From the IMG/VR virus record IMGVR_UViG_3300045988_088194: a stretch of DNA of 64,000 bases; one strand, written 5' to 3'. A program made the translations under genes and the position numbers. The notes under the pieces were generated by a model, which was not told the DNA's origin, did no database searches, and saw nothing but the letters and a program-made list of their open reading frames with translations. The stretch is from a virus. This document shows positions 34,019-44,300 of the stretch, in pieces (positions within the stretch are counted from its first letter, which is position 1; each line of letters opens with the position of its first letter).

Positions 34019-34300
34019 ATGGAAACAAGAGAATATCTATTGAATCGGGGAGAAAAGGCAGAGAAAGATATGGTTAATCATCCAGACCATTATAATATCA
34101 ATGGCATGGAATGTATTGATGTTATGGAAAAACTGTTTGGTATAGATTGGACATATCATTTCTGTGTACTTAATGCTTTCAAATATCAGTTTAGGTTTAA
34201 TAATAAAGGCAAGGCTCAGGAAGATTTGAGAAAGGCTGCATGGTATAATACTAAGGCAGCAGAACTTCTTGAGAAGATGGAGGGAGAAGACAATGGCTGA
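34019..34300 (+). CDS. DUF3310-like phage protein
   Basis: HPDHYN..MECIDVMEK...LNAFKYQFR...DLRKAAWY matches the DUF3310 pattern HP.HY...E.idv...KY..R...DL.KA. Confidence 0.6.
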   Translation: METREYLLNRGEKAEKDMVNHPDHYNINGMECIDVMEKLFGIDWTYHFCVLNAFKYQFRFNNKGKAQEDLRKAAWYNTKAAELLEKMEGEDNG

Positions 34301-34982
34301 ATACCAGAAAATACAGACACTATTTCTCAGGGATGATAAGAACATTATCATTCCTGACCAGTTCACTTATCCAGAGTTTGAGTATCTTAAAGATAATAAA
34401 TGGGAGTGTACTGAGAAGATTGATGGAACCAACATTAGAATAGAACTTGACTTCTATGTCCATGATGATGGAGTAAAAGAGGTAAATGTCAATTTCAGAG
34501 GAAGAACTGATAAGGCTAATATACCTGAACATTTGTACAGAAAGCTTAAAGAACTGTTTGACAATGTTGATTGGTTTAAGATATTTGATATCACAGGTAC
34601 CACATCCATTACCCTCTATGGTGAAGGCTATGGAGCCAAGATTCAGAAAGGAGGTAACTACATAAGTTCTGATGTAGATTTTATCCTCTTTGATGTTAAA
34701 GTTGGTAAATGGTGGCTGCAAAGGGATGCTGTTGAAGATATTGCAGATGAACTCAACATCAAAGTAGTCCCTCTTATAGGATATATGACTATCCCTGAGG
34801 CAATTGAGTATGTCAAGAAAGGCTTTAAGTCTACTATTGCAGAGAATGAGGATTATGATGCTGAAGGTCTTGTTCTTAAGACTCCTACAGGACTCCTGAG
34901 AAGGAATGGAGAAAGGCTTGTAACCAAAATCAAGACAGTTGACTTCAGAAAATACAGAGATAGTCAAGTGATGAAATCATGA
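34293..34982 (+). CDS. ATP-dependent RNA ligase (nucleotidyltransferase superfamily)
   Basis: Motif I EKIDGTN, motif III TLYGEGYG, motif IV FILFDV and motif V EGLVLK...KIK. Track ORF trimmed to ATG 34293. Confidence 0.75.
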   Translation: MAEYQKIQTLFLRDDKNIIIPDQFTYPEFEYLKDNKWECTEKIDGTNIRIELDFYVHDDGVKEVNVNFRGRTDKANIPEHLYRKLKELFDNVDWFKIFDITGTTSITLYGEGYGAKIQKGGNYISSDVDFILFDVKVGKWWLQRDAVEDIADELNIKVVPLIGYMTIPEAIEYVKKGFKSTIAENEDYDAEGLVLKTPTGLLRRNGERLVTKIKTVDFRKYRDSQVMKS

Positions 34983-35167
34983 AGCAGTGGACATCAAGAG
35001 AGTTTCTAAGGATGCTTAGAAAGAATGGATATACTTACAGCAGACATAATGGGGACCATCATATCTATGTAAGTGAGGGAGGAAGGCATATATCTGTACC
35101 TCAGAAACTTGAGTGTGTCATTGCAAGAAGACTAATTAAAGAATATAATTTGAATATTGAACTATGA
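34979..35167 (+). CDS. hicA: HicA-like mRNA interferase (toxin-type RNase)
   Basis: The 62-aa sequence TSREFLRMLRKNGYTYSRHNGDHHIYV..GRHISVPQK...ARRLIKEYNL matches the HicA/YcfA pattern, including the G(S/D)HH motif. Confidence 0.7.
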   Translation: MKQWTSREFLRMLRKNGYTYSRHNGDHHIYVSEGGRHISVPQKLECVIARRLIKEYNLNIEL

Positions 35168-35406
35168 GTTTAGGAGGATACCCATTGGGAGCTGACCAGG
35201 ACCCAAGAGCTCCCTGGAAAGAAAAAGATGTCTTTGTAGATGCTACAGTAAGTATCACATATCATAAGACTATAAGGGTCAAACTTAATGAGCATTATGA
35301 TACTCCTGACCTCTACAATGCTGCACAGGATGAGGTCTATGATGATGTAAAAGCACTTTCTGACAATGGCTGGTATGAGGATGAATTTGAAGTGGTAGAA
35401 GAGTAA
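35164..35406 (+). CDS. hypothetical acidic protein (positional candidate HicA partner)
   Basis: Overlaps the hicA-like stop. No HicB motif recognised. Confidence 0.4.
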   Translation: MSLGGYPLGADQDPRAPWKEKDVFVDATVSITYHKTIRVKLNEHYDTPDLYNAAQDEVYDDVKALSDNGWYEDEFEVVEE

Positions 35407-35987
35407 TGGCAACAGTTTATTTCATATCAGATGCTCACTTTGGACATAAGAACTTGAGTGAGAGATTTAGAGGAATGTCTGTTGAAGAGTCAGATGAATT
35501 GTTAATCAGGAATTGGAATAACAAGGTAAAGAAGAAAGATGATATTGTCTATTATCTTGGTGACTTTTCAATGGATGCTCCTGAACTTCTTGAGAAGTAT
35601 CTTGACAAATTGAATGGAAAGATATACATCATAGGAGGAAACCATGATACAAGAAGAGTGTGTACCAAATTCAAAGAGTTAGGCATTACTGTACTTGGAT
35701 GTATGGAATATAAGGGCTATATGCTCACTCATATGCCTGTAGATAGAAGGATGATTAAGGAAGGTCCATTCAGAAGATATAGAGGAAACATACATGGGCA
35801 TATCCATGCTTATGAACTTGTTTCCCCAGACTATATTTCTGTGGCTGCTGACCTCAATAATCTTACTCCTATGACTTTTGAGGAGATTATTGAGAAGCAG
35901 AAGAAGAAACATCAATTGAAAGTCAAACTCAAGAACTTCCTTATGTATGTTACCTTTTTGTTTAACAAAACTTTTAAGAAGAAATGA
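35406..35987 (+). CDS. calcineurin-like metallophosphoesterase
   Basis: Motifs SDAHFGH, LGDF, GGNHD and HGHIH. Confidence 0.8.
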   Translation: MATVYFISDAHFGHKNLSERFRGMSVEESDELLIRNWNNKVKKKDDIVYYLGDFSMDAPELLEKYLDKLNGKIYIIGGNHDTRRVCTKFKELGITVLGCMEYKGYMLTHMPVDRRMIKEGPFRRYRGNIHGHIHAYELVSPDYISVAADLNNLTPMTFEEIIEKQKKKHQLKVKLKNFLMYVTFLFNKTFKKK

Positions 35988-36670
35988 GAATATTGGTTAT
36001 AGGTGACATACATGGTCACAATGGCTGGGATAAAATAGTCTTCAAGGAGGATTGGGATAAAGTAGTCTTCCTTGGAGATTATTTTGACAATTATAAGAAT
36101 ACTCCTGGAAAAGAGCAAGTTACTAACTTCAAGGAGATACTTGCAATGAAGGCTACTCACCCTGATAAGGTAGAACTTCTTTATGGAAATCATGACCATT
36201 CCTATCTTAACAAGGAGATGTGCAGTGGTTATAAATGGCAAAATCAACTTATTTATGAAGAAGTACTTAAGGGAGCTAAGGATAAAGGTTGGCTTAAACC
36301 TGTGTATATTCATGATGACATTATCTTCTCTCATGCAGGAGTGTCTTCATATTGGCTCAAAGAGGTAGCCCAATTAGCACATCCTCAGGATATTACTTGG
36401 GAGAATGTTCCTCTTGATAAGTTCAACTTCAATGGACTTACTGGATACAATTCATTTGGAGATACACCTTCACAGAGTCCTATCTGGATTAGACCTACAT
36501 CTCTTCTGCAATACCCTATTGATGGATACAGGCAGGTAGTAGGACATACTCATATGGGGGCTCCTGTGAATAGAGATGGAGTATGGTTCAATGATATGAT
36601 GCCTAAGTATTATATCATTATTGAAGATGGCAACATAGAATTTAAGGAGAATAAATATGAGATTAATTAA
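35984..36670 (+). CDS. metallophosphoesterase (lambda-phosphatase-like)
   Basis: Motifs IGDIHGH, LGDYFD, YGNHDH and VGHTH. Confidence 0.8.
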   Translation: MRILVIGDIHGHNGWDKIVFKEDWDKVVFLGDYFDNYKNTPGKEQVTNFKEILAMKATHPDKVELLYGNHDHSYLNKEMCSGYKWQNQLIYEEVLKGAKDKGWLKPVYIHDDIIFSHAGVSSYWLKEVAQLAHPQDITWENVPLDKFNFNGLTGYNSFGDTPSQSPIWIRPTSLLQYPIDGYRQVVGHTHMGAPVNRDGVWFNDMMPKYYIIIEDGNIEFKENKYEIN

Positions 36671-37499
36671 ACCTTCTTATGAAATATGGGAGCAGGAGTC
36701 TGGTCTTGAAGGTGTCTATAAGATGATAGAGAAGGTAGGTAGAGTCTGTTATAAATCAGAAGATAAGATAGCAGAAGGAACTGCAAAGTCTTTTGTAGAC
36801 AGACTTATGAAATCAGGACATGGTGCTATGTTGGAACATGGTACTATATATCTGATGATTCCAAATGACCACCAAGCATATAATTTCTTCGGAGATAATT
36901 GGGTAAGAGACACCTATGGTGCATCTCCTTATTCTTCAGTAGTTTGGGATAGTGATAAAATTTACATTACAACTAACTTAAGAGTGCTGGTGGAGAATGG
37001 TTGGCTTGATGACTTGAAGTATCTTTGTGAACCTACTGAGTATCATGTTAAGAGAGTTACTGTACACTTTGTATGTGATAGAGGAGTATCCCATGAATTT
37101 GTAAGACATAGAGTGTTTAGCTTTGCTCAGGAGAGTACAAGATATTGCAATTATTCTAAGGATAAGTTTGGTAATGAAGTTACTTTCATTGAACCTTGCT
37201 GGTACAATACCTCTAAATCAAATGACCTTGCTGATGAGTATTTTATTAATAGTTTAAAAGATGCTGAACGGTTATATTTTAATCTATTAGACAATGGGTG
37301 GAAACCTCAGGAAGCAAGAGCAGTATTACCTAATGCTTTGAAGACAGAACTTGTAATGACAGGTTTTGTGGATGAATCTGGATGGATAAACTTCTTTAAT
37401 CTTAGAGCATTGGGGACTACAGGTGCACCACATCCTCAGGCTAAAGAACTTGCTGAACCACTCTTTGAAGAGTTTAAAGCCAAAGGGCTTATTAAATAA
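36657..37499 (+). CDS. thyX: flavin-dependent thymidylate synthase
   Basis: ThyX signature RHRVFSFAQESTRY (RHRxxSxxxxSxR). Confidence 0.9.
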   Translation: MRLIKPSYEIWEQESGLEGVYKMIEKVGRVCYKSEDKIAEGTAKSFVDRLMKSGHGAMLEHGTIYLMIPNDHQAYNFFGDNWVRDTYGASPYSSVVWDSDKIYITTNLRVLVENGWLDDLKYLCEPTEYHVKRVTVHFVCDRGVSHEFVRHRVFSFAQESTRYCNYSKDKFGNEVTFIEPCWYNTSKSNDLADEYFINSLKDAERLYFNLLDNGWKPQEARAVLPNALKTELVMTGFVDESGWINFFNLRALGTTGAPHPQAKELAEPLFEEFKAKGLIK

Positions 37500-37516
37500 T
37501 CACTAAAAAAAAAACA

Positions 37517-38149
37517 ATGACAACATTTATGAATAGGGATAAATTAAAAGTTGGTAATATACTTTCTGAGACAACTCACTACAAGGTAGTAGCAAAGTTT
37601 GGAGACCATATTGACTGTATTCTTCAGGAAAGTGGAGATAAAGTAAGTCTTGGAAATGACTATGCCTTGAAGTATTGTTCTTCAGGAGATGTCTATGAAG
37701 AAATCAAGGAGGTAACCAAGGAGGATAAGGCTGATGGAACTCCAGGTATAAGGTCTATCTTTGAGAACATCCATTCTTCTGAGGTATTTACAGTGGTATT
37801 CAAAAAGCAGGATAAAAAGAAGACCAGAAAGCAGATAGCAGAGGAGAAGAACTCTCAGATAAATGAGGCTATTGCTATGATTAACAGAGCCAAAGAGCAG
37901 AAGAAGTCTATGGCTGTAGCCTATACTGAAGCTCTTCAGTTCATTCAGAACAATCCTGTTCAGGATTATATTGAAGGAGAGAGTAGAACTCTCAGAGGAT
38001 ACAAGATTCAGTTCCAATCAAGAGATGGAAGATATGACTGTGTGGATATGGACATTGAAAGAACTGATACTGAGAGTGGTATAAGACCAGTTAATATCAA
38101 CACCATCAGCTCTTTAATCTATAAAGGTGTAAAATATGTAGTGAAATAA
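37517..38149 (+). CDS. hypothetical protein
   Basis: ORF with the leader AAAAAAAAAACAATG. No motif recognised. Confidence 0.55.
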   Translation: MTTFMNRDKLKVGNILSETTHYKVVAKFGDHIDCILQESGDKVSLGNDYALKYCSSGDVYEEIKEVTKEDKADGTPGIRSIFENIHSSEVFTVVFKKQDKKKTRKQIAEEKNSQINEAIAMINRAKEQKKSMAVAYTEALQFIQNNPVQDYIEGESRTLRGYKIQFQSRDGRYDCVDMDIERTDTESGIRPVNINTISSLIYKGVKYVVK

Positions 38150-38192
38150 AAATATACATAGAAATTCACTTACGGAATAATTAGATTTATTG

Positions 38193-38225
38193 GGGAGACT
38201 AATAAAGTCTCCCTTATTTTTTCTT
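38193..38225 (+). terminator. rho-independent terminator
   Basis: GGGAGAC-TAATAAA-GTCTCCC followed by TTATTTTTT. Confidence 0.7.
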
Positions 38226-38274
38226 TATAAAATTAGTAATCAAATTAGAGAGTATGTAGATTAATACTTAATAA

Positions 38275-38306
38275 CTTGGTTAATTAAAATTAAATACTTA
38301 TCTTTG
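38275..38306 (+). promoter_or_regulatory. Bacteroidota-type promoter upstream of the giant ORF
   Basis: CTTG at 38275-38278, a 20-nt spacer, then TATCTTTG at 38299-38306, 27 nt before ATG 38333. Confidence 0.5.
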
Positions 38307-38332
38307 TCCTAAATCTAAATTATTATAATAAT

Positions 38333-41300
38333 ATGGCTTGTGTAAACACAAAGGAAAAAAGTTTTAAAGAGCTAGTTTCTAAATATGGTGCTTCATCAGG
38401 AACTGTAGAAAATGCCATTAAAATTTATATGGATAAAAATAATCTTGAGACCTATGATACTAATTCTCAAGATTTCATAGACCATATGGATTCTTATTTT
38501 CAGCTTAAAAGCAGTAATTTCTACTCTTCTAAAGGTAAGTACAATAGAGCTCATGCTCTTTGGGAAAAAATAAATCCTACACAAAATGTAGCAGATATAA
38601 AGACTGCTACTAAAGAGTATAATGCTCTTGTTGAAATATTTGGAGAAAATAATGTTACTGTTTTTGAAACTTCAGATGGAGGATTTAGAGTTAGGGCAGC
38701 TGAGCCTATATTTGGTGACGGTATTACTTCAGATAAGAAATTATTGAAGGAAATGTCTGACATTCTTTCTAAAGCTCCTAGAGATAAAAATGGTAATCTA
38801 TTAGCTCCTAATGGTAAAAAGTCTAATTTAACTGAAAGACAATATGCTCAAGTAAGAACTAAAGCTTTTAAAGAGTGGTTTGGTGATTGGGAAACATTAG
38901 CAGAAGGACATAATAAAAAACTTAATTTACCTGATAAACCATCTGGTCTTACTGATACTTGGATAAAAGATAATATAGTAGAATTTAAAGGTTTATCTAC
39001 GGGAACTAAATATAATATAGGCTATTCTGGTGGAAGATATTTTATCGTTATAAATATTAATGGAATTAATGTTCCATTCTATAAATCCTCAGGTTTAGGT
39101 GGAAAAAAGAATGTTGAAGCAGGTAAATGGTATCCATTTTTTGGGATATCTAAAAAAGGATGGTTAAATAAGACTACTGAGGAGGAAATAAACAACTACT
39201 ATAATAGTCAAGTACTTGAATTAATTTCTAATAAACTAGATTCATTATTTAATAATGAAGACTATGGTATAGAAATAGTAAATGGTATTCCAGTAAAGAA
39301 GGGTAAACAAGCTAATAACGCTATAGATTTAAACTTTACAGACGGAGAAAAAGTCATAAATAAAGACCTTAATCCTACTGAAAATCATAAAGATAATACT
39401 GTAAATATAGTAAATAGTAATATTGAAAAAGTTAAAAGGAGTATATCTTATACTACTTTAAATAATAAAGTCTCAAAAGTAGTAGATGAAAATGGTGAAC
39501 CTTTGGTTGTTTATCATTATACAGATAATGAAAGTCTGACTAAATTTAGTACAGAGTTTGATAATTATTTCTCAAAGGAAGGTGGTACTAAGAAAGCTAT
39601 ATTCTTTACAACAGATAATGTTGTACCTGGTAGTGAAGATAACTTCTTAACTAATAGAAAAGCTAAGCTGGCATTATTCTTAAATATAAAAAACTTAGAA
39701 GAGTTTCATGGTACTAAAGAAGATTTGCATAAACAAGGAACTTCTTATAGAGAAATAGTAAATAAATCTTCTGAAAGAGCAGGTCTTGAAAATGGTATAG
39801 TATTTACTGGTTTTGATGATAACAAGAAGGAGAATCAAACTATATATGTTGTTCATAATCCAAATCAAATTAAATCAGCTACTAGTAATACAGGAGCTTT
39901 TTCTAAAATTAATGATAGAATAGACGATTTTGAAAGTAATGTAAAAGTTACTGTTGAATATACTCCTATAGGAAAAAGTAGACAAACTTATACTATTAGA
40001 GGGAACAAAATCTTTAATAAAGAAGGTAAAGAAGTCTTTAAGACAGACAGTGTAGATAGAAACAAGATTTTTGCCAATCTTGCAGTACAGCAAGGTAGAG
40101 CAGTAGTAGTAAATCATAAGAATAAAGAGTATGTTGTAAACAACAGAAATCAGATTATCTCTGTTACTACTGGTAAAATGATGCAGTGGGATGAAAAGAA
40201 TGGAGATAGAAATGCAATCATTAAAGCTGCTCAGGAAAAGTTTAGTAAAAACAAACCCTCTGAAAGTATTCAAAAATCTGCGTCTTTTAATTGGGGAAGA
40301 ACTTCAGATAATAATTATGAAGTATCTTCAAAAGGAGATAAAAGATTTTCTGCTCTTAATGCTACCTTTAAGAAAGGTACTGTTATAGATGGAGTAGATG
40401 TAGGAGGAATGACCATTGAAGATGTATATCAGAAGGTCATTAAAAAGAGTGGTAAAGGTAAAGCTCCTGCTGTAGATAGTAAGTTAAATATTTCTTACAG
40501 AGTAAGTACCGAAGGAATTACTAAGCAATATGGAGTAGTAATAGATAAAAATTTAAAAAGAAATTATAGTGAATGGCAAAATGCTAATCCAAATGGTATA
40601 GTTGCGTATAGAGTTAATTATAGTAAATACAATACCCCTGAAGAAGCACAAGCTGGTAGAATAGGTAATCCATTTTCTGAAGGTATAGGACAAGCTAATA
40701 AAGGGGAAGATACTGTACAAAAGTTCTTTATTTGGCTTACTACTGGAAATAACTTTGGTAATCCAAAAGCTACTGAAGAATATAGACAAGCCATTCTTCA
40801 TAAACTAATTAGTACTCCAAAAGGAACTAATATATTATATTATACTGAACTCAATAGACCATCTCATGCAACTGTATTAGGTTATTTAATTAATCATAAG
40901 GAATTTATAACAAACTATAAAGATAGTGCAGAAGATTTCTCTTATACTGAAGGTTATTTACCATTGTGGCAAGAATGGGCTAAACAAAACCCTGAATTAA
41001 TAGAGGAACTAAGAACTAAAGCAGCAGGTAAAACTCTTACTGACCAGTTTGCTAATACAAGAGTAAGTCAGGCAAGAGCTTTGGCTGATATTCTTAATTC
41101 TACTAATACTAAGTCAGAAACTATAGAAGAAGCTCCTATATTTGAAGAAGAAAATAATAATATGCAATCTGCTAAAGAACTTGTAGATAGGATGATAGCA
41201 GATTCAAGAGAGCATATTAAATTTAACAAAGAGGACCATTCCTATATAGTAGATGGAAAAAAGGCTGATACCAGTGTTACTCAGTTTATACATGGTAAGA

Positions 41301-44300
41301 AAGACCTTGGTCAATGGGGAACAGCAGCCTCTGCCATAGGTACAACAGCAGACAGTGTCACAAGAGACTTCTTCAAAGGTGAGCTGAAAGATGAATATCC
41401 AAACTTGTCAGATAAGGACCTTTCCTTTCTCAAGCATGACTTGAAGAGCCTTAGGAACTTCTTTGACAAGAAGTTTGGAAAGGACAAATATACAGTAGTG
41501 ACTGAAGAGTTCCCAATAGCCTCAAAGTATACATACACTGACAAGGATGGAAAACTTAAGGGAGGTGTAATGGCAGGAACTATGGATATGCTTATCTATG
41601 ATAATGAAGGTAACTTCTATATCTATGATATGAAGACTTCAAGAAGTGGTCTCAATGAGAACAAGGTTGCTGGATATGCAAAGCAGCTGACACTCTATAA
41701 GGCTATTCTTGAGGCCAATTATCCAGAGCTGAGAGGCAAGATAAAGGAGCTTAAACTTATTCAGTTTAGGGTAGGTTATCCACAACCTGGAGCTGACTTC
41801 ATCTATTCAGCAACTGATGGTCAGTTATATCTTAATAATGTTCCTATTCAGGAGACTGAAGACTACTATGCACCTCACTTGGATTTTACTGGAAACAGTC
41901 TTGACAATCAGGTGCTTGTTCCAGTAGAACCTGTAAGTATGGATATTCACTTTGAAGGTATGACTGAAGATGAGGTAGAATCAATGAGGGAGGAAACAAG
42001 AGAGCCAGAGAGTACTGAGTTCTCACAGAATGAAGTAGATAGCCAGAGAGATAACCTCTATGGAAACCCTCTGCTTTCAGCTACAGAGAGAACATTCCTT
42101 GCTAACAATGTAATGAGTCTTACTTCCTTTATTGTTACTCACTTACAGACAAATCCTGAGGCTAATCAGTTCTATTTTGGAGACCAATTCAGTAGGCTCA
42201 ACTTTACTAAGATGTCAAGAGAAGACATCATAAGTACTGTTGGGGTAACAAAGATATTTGAGTATATAAAGGAAAGATGGTATAATCCTGATAACAGGAC
42301 TGACATTGATGATTTTGATACTCTTGACAAGTTACAGATAGCCTATGACAACTGGGCAGCCCTTGTGAAGTCTGCCTATGCAAAACTTATAACTCTTGAA
42401 GGTGTTACAGTAGTTGCTGCAAGACCTGATGAAATAAGTAGAGAGGATATTGAGACCTCTTTTCAAGAACAGATAGATGCTGGTGAACTTGAAGAGAAAG
42501 AAAGGGAGTATTGGCAGCTTGGTATAAGAAACATATCAGCAAGGTCAAGTCTTAGTGGTGATATAAGAAGGTCATTTGAAAGGCTCTTTGCCATAGACTC
42601 CAATGGAAATCCTATAAAGGACAAGTTTGGTTTCAATTTTGATACTTTTGTAGATTCTGGTGTTGCTGTAAATAGTATCCTTGAATGGACCAGAACTGCT
42701 ACAACTGTAGAAGAGATGGAGGAGATACTTGATGGAATGAAGGACTCTTATCCTTGGCTTAACTCTATCCTCAATAAGATAAAGGAAGAACCTTTCAGGT
42801 CTCAATTCTTTCAGAATTTCAGAAAGGACTTTACACAGTATAGTATTGTAACTGTGGAAAGGGATGAGAAAGGAAATAAGGTATATCAGACTCAAATAAT
42901 TAACACTAAGGGAGCATCACAGTCTGTACTTGATGAGATTACTACCTATTATAATTCAGGACTTATGCAGAACATCATAATCACTGCTGATGGTATTGAA
43001 GGTAAGGGTAGGGTTAATGTCAAGAATGTTGAGGCTCTTAAGGCTGAGAAGGACAAAATAGTATCTGACCTTAAGGGTGCATTCACTGCTGTGAGAAAGG
43101 AAGTATATAATAACACTCTCAAGAACTCTGTACCTAAGATTACAAAACTCCTAAATGAGTTAGGAATAAGAGTAGATGCCAAGACAGTCTCTAATACCAT
43201 AGTTGGTAAAGAAAGACCTAAGGACATTAATAACTCCCCAGTAATGAAACTTCTGAGTGAAATGTCCTATATGTTTGATGCCTTGCTATCAAAGAAGGAC
43301 TCTACCTCATATAATCCTCTTCTTAAAGGGGAGGAGAAGAACATCTATGGAAATTATAAATCTATAGTTGGACTTATGAGCAAGTATATTCAGGACAGTA
43401 TTGAGTCATCATCCTATGAGAATGGCAAGATGCACTACTCTTTTGTAACTCCTTCTTATATGGGAAAACTTATTCTCAATCTGAAAGATGCCATTGGCAA
43501 TCCAAGCAAGTTCAATTCATTTATGGAAGAGAATTATGGGTCATATAGATGGTTCAGGGAAGAGGATGGAACTTGGAATAATGCATGGCTTGAGTTGATT
43601 TCTGAAAGTAAGGATGCAAGACAAGGCTTGGAACATAAAGTTCAGTTGTCATTTGATGGAACTCCTTACACTGATTTGAGTGAGTTGGGATATACTCTAT
43701 CTCTTATGAGTGAGTACTTCTATGATAAGGGAAGTAGAGGAAAAGGTCCTCAGTGGGCATGGTACAGAGTTCCTATGCTTTCAAATAAACCTTCTTCCGA
43801 ATTTATAAGGTTCAAGAGATACTCAGGTTCTGAATATAAGAGAAGAATCAAGAGGGGACTCAAAATGGTTCTCAATCAGGAAGTTCTTAGGTTCAGAGCT
43901 GTACTTGAAAGAAGTGTGAATGCAAACATTGAACCTATCTCAAACTTTGATATAAGTTCTAAAGTCCTGAAGAAGAATCCTCAGATTGAGGCTAAGATGA
44001 GAGCTGGAGAACCTCTTACTCATGATGACCTTGTGAAGAATGGAAAACTTATAACTGCTGCAAGTGGAGCTTCCTTTAAGTTCCTTGAAGCTTTCAATCA
44101 AAATATAGTTGAAGGTGATGAGCTTGGAATGATGCTTATAGACAAGATAAATGGTGTCAGTGTAAATGAGGATTCTTTTGACAAGTTAGTCAATCAGAAC
44201 CTTGATTCTTACATGGACATTATAGTAAGCAAGGAGATTTCACAGTGGGAGAAGATTGGTCTATTTGATACAGAGGAAGTCAGAAGGGGCGAAGATGTTG

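Noticed and set aside
34320-34967. 215-aa minus-strand ORF antisense to the RNA ligase gene.
   Set aside because: It is fully embedded antisense to a motif-bearing gene. Its Ile/Leu/Phe/Ser-rich composition is typical of antisense frames in AT-rich DNA, and the surrounding genes are all on the plus strand.
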